The notes beneath the pieces were generated by a model that saw nothing but the letters and a program-made list of their open reading frames with translations, was not told the DNA's origin and searched no databases. From Octopus vulgaris (lineage: Eukaryota), in contig OX597821.1 of assembly GCA_951406725.2 (NCBI GenBank), forward strand, positions 82,336,001-82,400,000: DNA of 64,000 bases. The letters are read 5' to 3'. A program made the translations under genes and the position numbers. This document shows, piece by piece, positions 52,484 through 64,000 of the stretch; within the stretch, counting starts at the first letter, position 1, and each line of letters begins with the position of its first letter.

Positions 52484-53191
52484 TATACATATATATAAAT
52501 ATATATATACACACATACATATACTTGTGTGTGTGTGTGTAGCTGCAAAAACTATAAACAACTCATGCTCTTGGGTATTGAGTACTGTTTGAACTTGCAC
52601 ACACCACACACACACACAAACACACGCATGCACACACACACACACACATGCATATGTGTAGCATGTGCACATACGTGTGTATATGCGAAATAGTGCTTCT
52701 TTTCTGAAAATATTTTTACATATTGTCTGATAAGTGATAAGGCTTTTTGTTGACAATTTACATTATTAATGACTTCTTCTGACCAACTTCGAGAACTGTT
52801 CTTACAGGAGGTACATTTATTGACTTGAAGTGTTTCAGTAAATAATAAATTCTTTATGATTTTACAACACAAAACGGCTACACCTGCTTTGAACAAGTCA
52901 GGAAGTGATGCACTATATAGGTACTTGACTTGCTAGAAATAGCAGCCAAATCTAAAAAGCTGGAATATTTTTGTTTTTATAATATTATATCATTCAAGAC
53001 TATTATTAGCCTTGAATGATATATGCAAAATATCCTCTGAACAATTTGATAGTGTTTTGTTTTTTCTGTGGTACTGTTTTCAGCTAGGTAGACTGAGCCA
53101 TTTTGTGTGAAATTTCTTTTAATTATGATTACATTGTAGTGCTGGTGACAAAATGTGAACTGCCAACCTTTCAACTATATTATCTATTTAA

Positions 53192-53585
53192 CAGGAGTGG
53201 CTGTGTGGTAAATAGCTTGCTTACCAACCACACGGTTCCGGGTTCATTCCCACTGCATGGCACCTTGGGCAAGTATCTTCTACGATAGCCTCTGGCCAAC
53301 CAAAGCCTTGTGAGTGGATTTGGTTGACAGAAACTGAAAGAAGTCCGTCGTATATATGTATATATATATGTATGTGTGTGTATATGTTTGTGTGTCTGTG
53401 TTTGTCCCCTCAACATCAACCGATGCTGGTGTGTTTACATCCCTGTAACTTAGCGGTTCGGCAAAAGAAACCGATAGAATAAGTACTAGGCTTACAAAGA
53501 ATAAGTCCTGGGGTTGATTTGCTCAACTAAAGAAGGTGGTGCTCCAGCATGGCCACAGTCAAATGACTGAAACAAGTAAAAGAAT
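53192..53585 (+). mobile_element. SINE family A
   Basis: Full head, hinge and tail. Confidence 0.9.
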
Positions 53586-53649
53586 ATATAAATATACATG
53601 AGTATGAATGTTTGTATATTGATGTGAGTGTATATGTGTGTGAATATAT

Positions 53650-54050
53650 AAACCACTTCCACTTAAACTGCCCGAGAAAGCTGTTGAAAATCAGTTGGCA
53701 AGACAAGGACCCAGACATGGAAATCCTCTCATGAGCTGATCTACCAAGCATTTACACAGCATTGAGGAGAGTACAAATCAGGTGGGCGGACCACCTTGTT
53801 GAAATGCCCAGCACACACCTCCTGAAGAGACTGCTTTGCAGAGAAGAGGTGGAAGGCAAATACACATAAAGAGGGTCAGAAAAACATGCTTTAAAGATAC
53901 ACTTGAAGCCTTACTGAAGAGCTTTGAGATTAACCGAGGCATCTGGGAAATGTAAGTGCAAGACCACCCCAGCCTGGTGAATCTGCACCAACAGAACAGG
54001 AATGCAAGAGCACAAAGAAAATGCAAACTGTGCAAGTCCAAAGCCAACTG
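53650..54050 (+). mobile_element. RTE-BovB-like LINE ORF C-terminal fragment (continues at ~54630-54770)
   Basis: FHLNCPRKLLKISWQDK.PD.EILS.A.LPSI...QIRWADHLVEMP...KRL...FKDTL. Confidence 0.7.
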
Positions 54051-54142
54051 TATGTATATACATACATGTGTATGTATATGCATGTGTGTGTGTGTCTGCG
54101 CATGCAAGCCTATGTATGTAGGCACATGTGTACATACATATA

Positions 54143-54550
54143 TACTTGTACTTGTGGCGACATTCACCCTGGGCGGGTTGAGTCGGCTTCTTCCACCACC
54201 CTTTTGGCATTGTATTCGCCATTGAGAATTCATGGAAGAAGTTTCGTGGGAATATGTGGATTTGACAAGCGGTCCCCAACAAACCCTCATGTAGAGACAT
54301 CCTGTTTGCCGCAGATTGTCCGCAGACGCAGGGGCAGAATGGCCGAGGAGCCACCAGTTGCCGATACAGACATTCCAAGGATTTTCACCAGAGCCCCGTC
54401 TGCCGGGTTGTGGCCCTAATACCACTCGGTGGCAGACCAATCCGCCTTGGGTGACCCTACCAGAAACCGAAGTTCCCGATGGCATAGCTCTGACACTACC
54501 CGTTGCCAGTGTCCCCACCACGGTGAGGAGGGTATGGACTTTGGGGACGC
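54143..54550 (-). mobile_element. Young bipartite RTE-derived SINE-like element (RTE 5'UTR plus (ACAAGT)n tail)
   Basis: Minus strand CCGTGGTGGGG...GAGCTATGCC...AGGGTCACCCAAGGCGGATTGGTC resembles RTE/BovB 5' ends; CpG-rich; between TA/CA repeats. Confidence 0.65.
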
Positions 54551-54593
<43 letters not shown>

Positions 54594-54805
54594 TGTGTGT
54601 GTCAGTATGTGTTATATTCACATGTATAAGACCTTCAGTCCCAGATGACCACTCATACCTGCTCTGCATCAGAGCCTTCCAAGCGTGCATTGGACTGATT
54701 GGCCACAGCCAGACACAGCATGTCACGTCCTTTCCCCCCCCCTCCGTGGTCCTTGGTCATCATCGACAACTAGCTAACCATATATGTATCTGTGTGGATA
54801 TACAC

Positions 54806-54841
<36 letters not shown>

Positions 54842-55100
54842 GCATACACAAATATATATTTATATAATTACTTATACATGTAAATATGACATAAGCATGC
54901 ATGTGCAGATACACACACACACTCACACACACACACACAATCACACACATTCACACATATGCACACACACATAAACACATTTGTGTGTATGTACACACAT
55001 GCGTATGTATGTATTTCAGCTTTGCATAAATATATGAGATTTGTATGTAACTATTGTCATTCTATGTAGATATAAGCATCTTGTGTGTGTGTGTGTGTGT

Positions 55101-55144
<44 letters not shown>

Positions 55145-56639
55145 AACCACACCTATATAAGCCTCACTGATTAGCTGCAGGTAGGAGAAAGAACAGCTGC
55201 AACAGCAGATGCTCCAAACACCCACCTCATTCCCAGGAACCCACAACAGTTTGGAAAACTGGATGGGTGACAGGAAAAATAAAGTACACATGTACATACA
55301 GACATTTTTCTGTACATTTTATTAACCCAGGTAGCTTTCTGTATCTTATATAATGCATATCTTTAAATGGATGTTTGTTTGTTTTCTTTTAATAACATAA
55401 TTTCTTAAATTCTTGAGCTAAAAGTTTACATGCAGAATCCTTTGAGAAGTAGTAGGGTTTTTGGTTAGGTGATAGCCTAATTAAAAGCTCTAAAACGGGT
55501 GTTTCAGGTGTAAAATACTTAACTAGATGTGGCTTAACTAGTCAAGAACTATAACTCTCCTGCATCTGTAGGAAAGTTACCTACCTTCAATTATTTTCAT
55601 GTAGACAACAGTTTTCTAAAGAGGCCATTTCATGTTTTTGTGTGTATGTGTGTGAGTTTATATTATAAAAATCATGCTGAGCAAGTTTAACATTAATTGT
55701 CCAGGACATCAGGGAAAAACAAAAAACAGAAAAAGATGGAAAGAGAAAACAAAAGATAGGAAAAGTGATGAGGAAAGATATGAAGTTCCCAAACACTGCA
55801 GCATAACAACTACTTCTGCTTGACAACTGAAATATCCTTTATATCATCAAGAATTAGCAATCATTATGTTTCACTGAACTTAATTGAAAATGCTATCGTA
55901 CATAGCATGTATTACCATGTGTGTTTGCATAGCAAAACAGCAGAGTAGGTAGAGCCATAAAAGCCTAGAGACAGGCCTAGAAAAAGACAGAGCTAAAAGG
56001 AAATAGGTCTAGAAAGCGATAGGGCTAGAAAATGGAGGTGCAAGAGACAGGCTTTGAAAGTTGGGCTACTAGGAATAATACTATGTAATTGCAAGAGAAG
56101 AAATATATGACAAAGAGAAAAACAGAATAGGTTTTAACCAATATCTGAAAATCAGATGATCAGAAGCATGATTTGTTCCAGATTGCAAAGCTGTATGACA
56201 GTGCGAATAATGACATCTTTGTGGAGAAAACGTTGATGGAATATCACATCACTTACCCCTCATTAATACTGAGAAGAAAGTGGTGATTGATGGTGATGAT
56301 GATGATGATGATGATGATGATGACGACGGTAGTGGTGGTGGTGGTGGTGGAAGTAGCGACGGCGGTGGTGGCGGTGGCGGTGGCAGTGGTGAAGGTGGTG
56401 GTGTCTGCAGCAGTGGAGATGATTTTTACATGTTCATCTATGAAACCTGTATTTAAACCTGCAAATTTGTTTTCAGATGAAACTCGGCCATTTGTGCCAG
56501 TGTACATAAACAACTTCAAACTTATAAATAGTCGCCTGAGTAGTGAGGGCAAGTGTAGGGGGCGTGCACCATTGCAGTATGTTGCTGCATTTACCATTTG
56601 TCAGTATATTGTCAGTACATTTCCAGACCATTTCCAGGC

Positions 56640-56952
56640 AACTCGTTAAGAGGAGTCCCAGTCAGTCCCCATCTCCATGAGGCACCTCCTTATCTGCCAT
56701 GACCATTGGTCGACTAACATGAACCCTCAACCCAGCTGGATCCTCAGTGAAGGAAACACAATAAGGTCAGACTCAGAAAATTGAGCGACAGGAGTGGCTG
56801 TGTGGTAAGTAGCTTGCTTACCAACCACATGGTTCTGGGTTCAGTCTCACTGCATGGTACCTTGGGCAAGTGTCTTCTACTATAACCTCAGGCCAACTAA
56901 AGCCTTGTGAGTGGATTTGGTACACGGAAACTGAAAGAAGCCCGTCGTATGA

Positions 56953-56988
<36 letters not shown>

Positions 56989-58300
56989 ATATGTTTGTGT
57001 GTCTGTGTTTGTCCCCCCAACATCGCTTGACAACCAATGCTGGTGTGTTTACATTGCCGTAACTTATCGGTTTGGCAAAAGTGACTGATAGAATAAGTAC
57101 TAGGCTGGTGCTCCTGAATCATACAAGTAACTGGATGCATCCCAGTTTCTGAGTAGAGTCGTTGGTTCGATACAAAAACCAACCAATAGTAACCCATAAT
57201 CCTACAAAGTACTCTGGTACCAAAGGAATTCAGGTGACTCCCAAGGGTCCTAGACAGTGTCCAAGTCTCACACCTATAGACAAGGAAGACCAGATATCTA
57301 AAGGCCCGAAACTTTGTCCTCCTGCTCAGATATTGCTAGTGTGAGACACTCTCGTCCAATGATTTAACAACTGCACCAGCTCGTCCAAGTCTTTTTAGGA
57401 TTTCAGGCTTGCAGTTAAAGCCAGTATGAATCTCACTGCTGAGATAAGTGAAGATGTCAACAACTTCAACATTCCCACCTGCAATAGAGACAGATGATGT
57501 GATGAAGGCAGTGAGCTGGCAGAAACGTTAGCATGCCGGGTGAAATGCTTAAAGGTATTTTGTCTGCTGCTACGTTCTGAGTTCAAATTCCGCCAAGGTC
57601 AACTTTGCCTTTCATCCTTTTGGGGTCAATTAAATAAGTACCAGTTATGCACTGGGGTCGATATAACTAACTTAATCCGTATGTCTGTCCTTGTTTGTCC
57701 CCTCTATGTGTAGCCCCTTGTGGGCAATAAAGAAATAAGAAACAGATGATGTGGAGTCCTCCAAGAAGCCAGTGAAGGACTACTGGATCCCTGTCTTGAC
57801 CCAAGAGACTCTAAGGCCAAGTGGTTCTGTTGCCTCAATCAATGAAAGCAGAATGATTCTTAAGACATCCAGAGACTCAGCAAGAATAACTATGTCATCA
57901 GCAAAATCTCAACAATGAGTGCACCTCAACTGAAACGAGCCACCATTCAGTTTAAGTTTCTAATCCATGCAGGCATTGATCAGATTTGGAGCCATGACAC
58001 AACCCTGATGGACCCCAGATCTAACTGAGGAAAAGTCTGATGTTGAGACCCCCCACCTACCCAATCCGAACCAAACTAACTGTTCTAGTGTAAAAGGCCA
58101 TCGTCAGCTAGATCAGTTGAGGAGGTATACCTCACAGCTCCAGAGTCCTCCAAAGCACATACTTGTCCACCAAGTCAAATGCCTTGCAGAGATCAACATA
58201 GGCTGCCAATAGCCCTTGCTGGAAACTCCACTTGCATCCAATGAGTACACAGAGATTCAGGATCCTATCAATAGTTGACCTCTTTGGCATGAACCCTGAC
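56640..58300 (-). mobile_element. Degraded RTE LINE reverse transcriptase, interrupted by SINE A (56788-57105) and SINE B (57502-57741)
   Basis: Minus-strand motifs AAYVDLCKAFDLVD, SGVHQGCVMA, DFADDI, VEVVDIFTYLSS, CETWTL, FVSNQRL; SINE B has the 12-bp TSD ACAGATGATGTG (57490-57501 and 57742-57753). Confidence 0.85.
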
Positions 58301-58403
58301 TTCTATTACAGTTTTGGATCTACCCACACACTGTAAGTAAATTTTGCTGGATGAAAATTTGTGTGGAAGCACATCTGAAAGATCATTCCTATTCTCCAGC
58401 ATA

Positions 58404-59292
58404 TGAGGTCTGATCAATAAGTATCAGGACTGTTGCCATAGTAACAAAGCTAAAGCACACAGTGTCTTGCTGTTTGACACAGATTGACCTTCAGCTTTGT
58501 TGTGCATGTGCGCTACGTTTTAACATTCAAGCTCACTTCCACTGTTCACAGCAGTGTTTGGAAGGAAGGTGTGTAGTGTGTGATCGTCACATTGACCATG
58601 ACAGAGAAAGTTGTCATGGCGATACCTGCACAGAGGCCTATGCAGATTTGCAGGAAGTGTATGGAGAGGAGTGTTTGTGCTGCACACAAGTGTACAAGTG
58701 GTTCAGATGTTTCCAAGATGGTCAAATAAATGTTGATAATGAACGTTCTGAGAGATCCACAACCATCAGAAATGGGAAAAACATCACAGATGTGCATGCA
58801 GCTGAAACGGGAAATCATTGAATCATCATCAATGATTTATCAGAGGATGCGCAGATTAGTTATGGTTCAATTTAGTCCATTATCACTGAAGATTTTGGTA
58901 TGAGACACGTGTCTGCCAAGTTTGTGCCTAAACTGCTTTCAGCTGACCAAAAGAACACTTGGGTTTCAGTTGCACAAGATCTTGATTGTGTCGAAAATAA
59001 TGAAAACTTTTTGAAAATTTTGCATAGGCCTCTAAACAGGCATCACCAAGTTTTTGGCAAAATTTGATGCGAATTCTCTGCACAACTTTTTCTGTCATGG
59101 TCAATGCAACGATCATAGGCTACACACCTTCCTTCCAAGCACTGCTGTAAACAGCAGAAGTGAGCTAGAACATTAAAGCTTAGTGTGCATGCACAACAGA
59201 GTTGAAGATCAATCTGTGCCAAGTGGTTTTACTCTGCATACTTTAACTTCATTACTATGGCAACATTCCGGATACTTATTGATCAGACAACA
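58404..59292 (+). mobile_element. Foldback non-autonomous mariner: 5' half of transposase, with the right end replaced by an inverted 5' end; TA on both sides
   Basis: GTCTGATCAATAAGTATC.GGA termini; HTH GDTCTEAYADLQEVYGEECL...VYKWF..F.DG...VSAKFVPKLL; 59020-59292 is the reverse complement of 58404-58645. Confidence 0.9.
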
Positions 59293-59641
59293 TAGACTTA
59301 ATCCTTCTCCTACAAAACTTTCAGGTGTCTTCAGCGGAATCCACTCTTTTGCAAGCATTAAGACCAGGTTTCCTATCTGAAGACAACTTCCTCCTTTGTT
59401 CCCACCAGTCTTGGAGGCCCTGAAAATAATCGTTTCTCTTCTGACTAAGCCATTGATAAAATAAAAATAGATAAATAATGATGATAGTAGTATTACGGAG
59501 ATGTACTTGCATAGCAAGTGATTTGATCTGAGATCGTGTGCTGAAATGAAAACAATTGCAGCGTGGAAGGTGTTTGTAAGCCATTTAAGAAACACACAAA
59601 AGCCGTTCAATTCACTTCAACATTTAAGTTTAATTTGTCAA

Positions 59642-59671
<30 letters not shown>

Positions 59672-59673
<2 letters not shown>

Positions 59674-59830
59674 ACTGGCATCAAAAGCCACAAATACCAA
59701 ACTTCTTAGGAAATATTCAAATGGCAGCAATACTTTGGAACAGCTCATGTGTTGAGGAATGTGTCGTGTCTCTAAGCTGCAGGATGGACCACAGATGTGA
59801 CATAGACATAGATAAATCAGTTAAGTGAAT
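59672..59830 (+). mobile_element. Short R4/Dong-like 3' end remnant
   Basis: IQMAAIL.GTAHVLRNV resembles the LQK.VLLGTA.ILRRVL terminus; followed by an AAT/AAC repeat. Confidence 0.5.
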
Positions 59831-59864
59831 AATGATAATAACAACAACAACAACAACAATAACA

Positions 59865-60333
59865 GTATAAAAGATGGGCTACAGCAAATATTCTGCTCAA
59901 TACCACAGATTTGCTTGTCAGTTGTTTGACCTTATCCAGTTGAGCATGTCCCTTAGTGGCTGACGATATGTGCATCTCTGATCATGAGCAGAAGTAGTGG
60001 GGGAGCATCATAGCCGTGTGTTGACAGGAATTCTTAGAGGTTTGGATAATTCACCTTTGGAAACATGGGTGGTTCATTCAGCATGCTTAAACAATCCTTA
60101 TTCAGGGACCATTTGAGTGGGATGGGCTATTCAGCCAGAAGAAAATTCTAACTGGGCCCCACCTGCAAAGTCATGTGCTGTTTATCTTGATATGAGATCA
60201 CCATCTCATGCACATATGGTTGTGATGCATGTGCCTGGTGTACTCTTATCAGATGGGTAATCATGATGGGTATACTGGGCTTCGTATATTTTACTCCAGT
60301 GTCACTTTGATAGCATGCACTGCTCTCTCACTC
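59865..60333 (+). mobile_element. Non-coding repeat followed by a 330-bp (AAT/AAC/GAT) tract
   Basis: Second copy at 38602-38960. Confidence 0.75.
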
Positions 60334-60390
60334 AATAATAATAATAACAACAACAACAACAACAATAATAATAATAATAATAATAATAAC

Positions 60391-60428
<38 letters not shown>

Positions 60429-60568
60429 CAACAATAACAATAACAATAACGATAATAATAATAATAATAATAATAATTATAATAATAATAATAATAACAA
60501 TAACAATAACAATAACAATGATAATAATAATAATAATAATAACGATAACGATAACGATAACGATAACG

Positions 60569-60650
<82 letters not shown>

Positions 60651-60911
60651 TAATAATAGTAATAATAAAAGAGATATGCAGTAGCAGTTGTTCTGAAAAG
60701 TACTCTTATTCTCTTTCAATCTTACCTCAACGTAAAGTTCTGAGTGACCATTCTGGTATATTATGATATATTATGCTGTATTATGTCACCTTTTAGGTAC
60801 AAGCATTCTTGTTATTAAATAAATATTTCTACGTATACGTTTTTGTTTTTCTTTTTTTCACATCATGTGATTAAAGTCATTGCTACTGTGTTCAGATTGA
60901 ACACAAGAGGG

Positions 60912-61112
60912 TTAAACTGATTTGAAATGAGGAAATTTCATATAGAATTGGCAGAACCCGTTACCTATGTCACTGACTTTCAACTGGAAATTCAGCAGAA
61001 GAGATAGAAATCCTGATTCTGTTTGATGTTCAATATTGAATTTAATATGGCCATCTGTAGCATTATGAAAGGTATGGACGATATTGCATATCATTTCATA
61101 TGATGTTATCAT
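60912..61112 (-). mobile_element. Possible ancient Penelope RT fragment
   Basis: FHNATDGHIKFNIEHQTESGFLSLLLNF...FYMK resembles the PLE RT N..H..IKFTIE....LxxLD...YxK region. Confidence 0.45.
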
Positions 61113-62737
61113 GAGAAGCAGTTTGTACTTCCATATACATATAAATATAGTTATTATTTATTGGAAGCTGAAGCTTCAGAAACCTTTATCCAAGATTTTG
61201 TTACCAACCTTCAGATGATTATGTAGCATTTTATTTCATTATTTCTCTCTCTCACTCTTTTTATTTCCCTCTTTCTCTACCCCCTCTCTCTCTCTGTTTC
61301 TCCCACCCCCATTCCCCACTTCTTAACCAATGCTAGCATGAAAATATAGATGTAAAAATGGATGATCAAACAAACATACACAAACATTACTGTGGCAAGA
61401 GAACAACAAGAAACTTAGAGTAATGTTCTGTGAAGTCTGAGATTCCAATATATTTTATATAATGATATTTCTTTACATCAAAAGAGAAGGCAGCACCCAC
61501 GACTTTTTACAAGGTTCTCTCAAACTGGTTGGATGGAGGAAAGAAGGTTCGCTCAAACTACAGAGCTGGTCTGAAAGCTCACAACAAAGTGGATTCTACT
61601 AAAAGCACCAAAAATGCTGGATAATGATATTAAACCATATAATATAATAGATTAAAGTCCAACATCCAAAAAGAGCATGGCCAGATTTTGAACTCAGACA
61701 AATTTGCAAAGAATTCTGTCTGATGCTAATGCTTTGACAGTCCATTGCCTGACACTGGTATTTTATTTATCGACTCCATAAGGATAAAAGGTGAAGTAGA
61801 CCTTGGTGAGATTTGAACTCAGATTTCAAAGCAGCAGGACAAATACTCAGCTCAGGCAGGGGTGAGTGGTTCTCAAGTTCACTTTGCTATCATGTGATTT
61901 TGTGTTTAATCCCCCTATGTGGCACCTTGAGCAAGTATCTTCTACAATAGCGCTGGGTCCACCAATGCCTTGTGAGAGGAATTGGTAGGTGAAAACAACA
62001 TAGAAGTCCTTATGTAAGTACGTGTGTGCGTGTGTGCGCACACATGTGTGTGAGTGTGTGTGTGGTGTATTTTTATGTTGTGAAGGTGCATGGCTTAGTG
62101 GTTATGGTATTCAACTCACAGTTGTAAGGTCGTGAGTTCAATGGCTGCATGTTGTATCCTTAAGACACTTCATTTATATAGTTCAGAAGACCTACCTTGT
62201 TTCATTCTATGTCAAACTGAATTCAAGAGAACTATATTAAGGGTATACATGTTTGTAGAGTATTCAGCCACTTGCATGTTAAGTTCACGAGCTGGCTGTT
62301 TCATTGATCAGATATATATATAAGACAGGCTTCTTTCAGTTTCACAAGGCTTTAGTCAGCCCGGGGGTATAGCAGAAGACACTTTCTCAAGGTGACACAC
62401 AGTGGAACTGAACCCAGAATTATGTGGTTAGGGAAGCAAGCTTTTTACCACACAGCCACACTTGCATCTAAGTTCACAAGGGTTGACATTCTTCAGAGTT
62501 GCTTGCCACCATCTGAGTATAATGGTAATATGATGCTTCCATTCTTTGTTGACATTACAACCAGTTGTTTTCTTTGGCCACTGGAATAAAATAGGTAAAA
62601 GTTGGCAACAAGAAGGACCTCCAGGTTATAAAATAATGCTGCCCCAAATAAATCTCCACCCATTTCATGCTAGCATGGAAAAATGGGTGTCAAACAAACG
62701 AATAAAGATTCTGTCTGATGCTTGAACAGTTCCGCCA

Positions 62738-62772
<35 letters not shown>

Positions 62773-63463
62773 GCATGCATACAGGCACACCCATACACAC
62801 AGACATACACACACATGAATGCGCGTGCGCACACACGCACACATAGACACAGGTGGGTGGACACACAGACAGACAGACAGACAAAGAGGTAGATAAATAC
62901 TGAGAGAAAGAGAATGCAAAAGAGAACAACACAAAAAAAAATGGGAAGAAGCAAGTGAGACCATTATATAATGGTATCATAATTATATTATGATAGAAAT
63001 TAATTAATTATCAATGTGATAAAAATCCATGAATGAGTGATTAACTCTATTGACTGGACAAACTTGTTACATAAACATACAAAGCAAATTATAAATGAAT
63101 TACAAATATATACGCAGGCTACAGTCCAATGATTGAAACAAGTGAACAGAATAAAAGAGTAAGTGCAAGAATAGAGCAAAATTAGTTGAAAGATGCGAAA
63201 TGTATCCAACAGAAACTATACTCCACATTTTGGATCAGTGCCAAGTAAGTCAAAAACTCATGCTTCTGTAGAAGTGGTTCAGCCTCTCGTTATCAAAACC
63301 TAAAGGGCAATGAATGGCAGAACCAGTATAATGATGAACAAAGTATCTTTGTAGTATTTATCCACATCCTTGGAGTCACACAACTGGCACCCATGCTGGT
63401 GGCATGTAAAAGAACCCCATTCACTCTGCATTACTTCTGGATATCCTTGTTGATTATTTTGAT

Positions 63464-63515
<52 letters not shown>

Positions 63516-63675
63516 ATGGCTACCTCTGATGAATGCAAGGTTACATAATCATATTGTTACCTAACACATCTCCTAGTGTGAAATCGATTGGCAATTTCGG
63601 CCATGATGGATATATAAATATTGTACACTTTGATTAATATGTGTATATATGTATGTATGCATATGTATGTATGTA

Positions 63676-63736
<61 letters not shown>

Positions 63737-64000
63737 GTGTGTATATATATATATTATATAAATATATATATAGAAATGCACACACACAGATCTATGTGTG
63801 TGTGTGGTGCGTGTGGTGTACATGTGTACATCTTTTGTCAGTCAATACAAAAGAAAGATATAAACATCAACAATAAAAAAAATCCCCCAAAAAACAAAAA
63901 CCAATGTTTCTAAATAAAAATACCCTGTGTAGTATTTGTTTCACAAGAATTACACAAACAATGGCAATGCAGTGAACCACTGATCAACTCAATGTAAAAC

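Noticed and set aside
54495-54550. HDV-like ribozyme (GTCCCC...ACC-CTCCTC...GGT-GGGGAC on the minus strand)
   Set aside because: P1/P3-like stems are visible, but the P1.1 GG and a J4/2-P2 closure could not be placed
60229-60684. 151-aa poly-Asn ORF
   Set aside because: (AAT/AAC)n tail following a dispersed repeat
60730-60756. 27-nt minus-strand microexon (NGHSELYVE) with GAG|GTAAG donor
   Set aside because: No polypyrimidine tract at the acceptor; support too weak

Overview
Repeat-saturated, AT-rich eukaryotic non-coding DNA, most likely from an octopus (coleoid cephalopod) intron or intergenic region. The assignment rests on the abundant tRNA/CORE-type SINEs, RTE LINE tails ending in (TGA)n, and very dense (TA)n, (TG)n, (TCTA)n and (TAA)n microsatellites. 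Almost all ORFs in the supplied track are microsatellite artefacts. The real coding remnants are transposon fossils: RTE, CR1-type and R4/Dong LINEs, several Penelope-like elements (PLEs), mariner and DD37D/maT transposases. Only one plausible host exon was seen (4884-4982, minus strand). Main points of interest: (1) a full-length 7SL/SRP RNA copy (34398-34698) fused to a retroposon 3' tail. The tail is homologous to that of the dominant local SINE and its hairpin covaries, so this is either a 7SL-headed SINE or a 7SL/LINE chimera. (2) At least five hammerhead-ribozyme-like motifs in or near PLE termini, including non-canonical cores (CUGUUGA, and AUGAAUA with A3-U8 covariation) and one downstream of an embedded tRNA-like Pol III cassette. 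(3) Extensive head/tail shuffling among SINE families. (4) Several foldback or palindromic structures. All alignments were done by eye, so most repeat boundaries are approximate.
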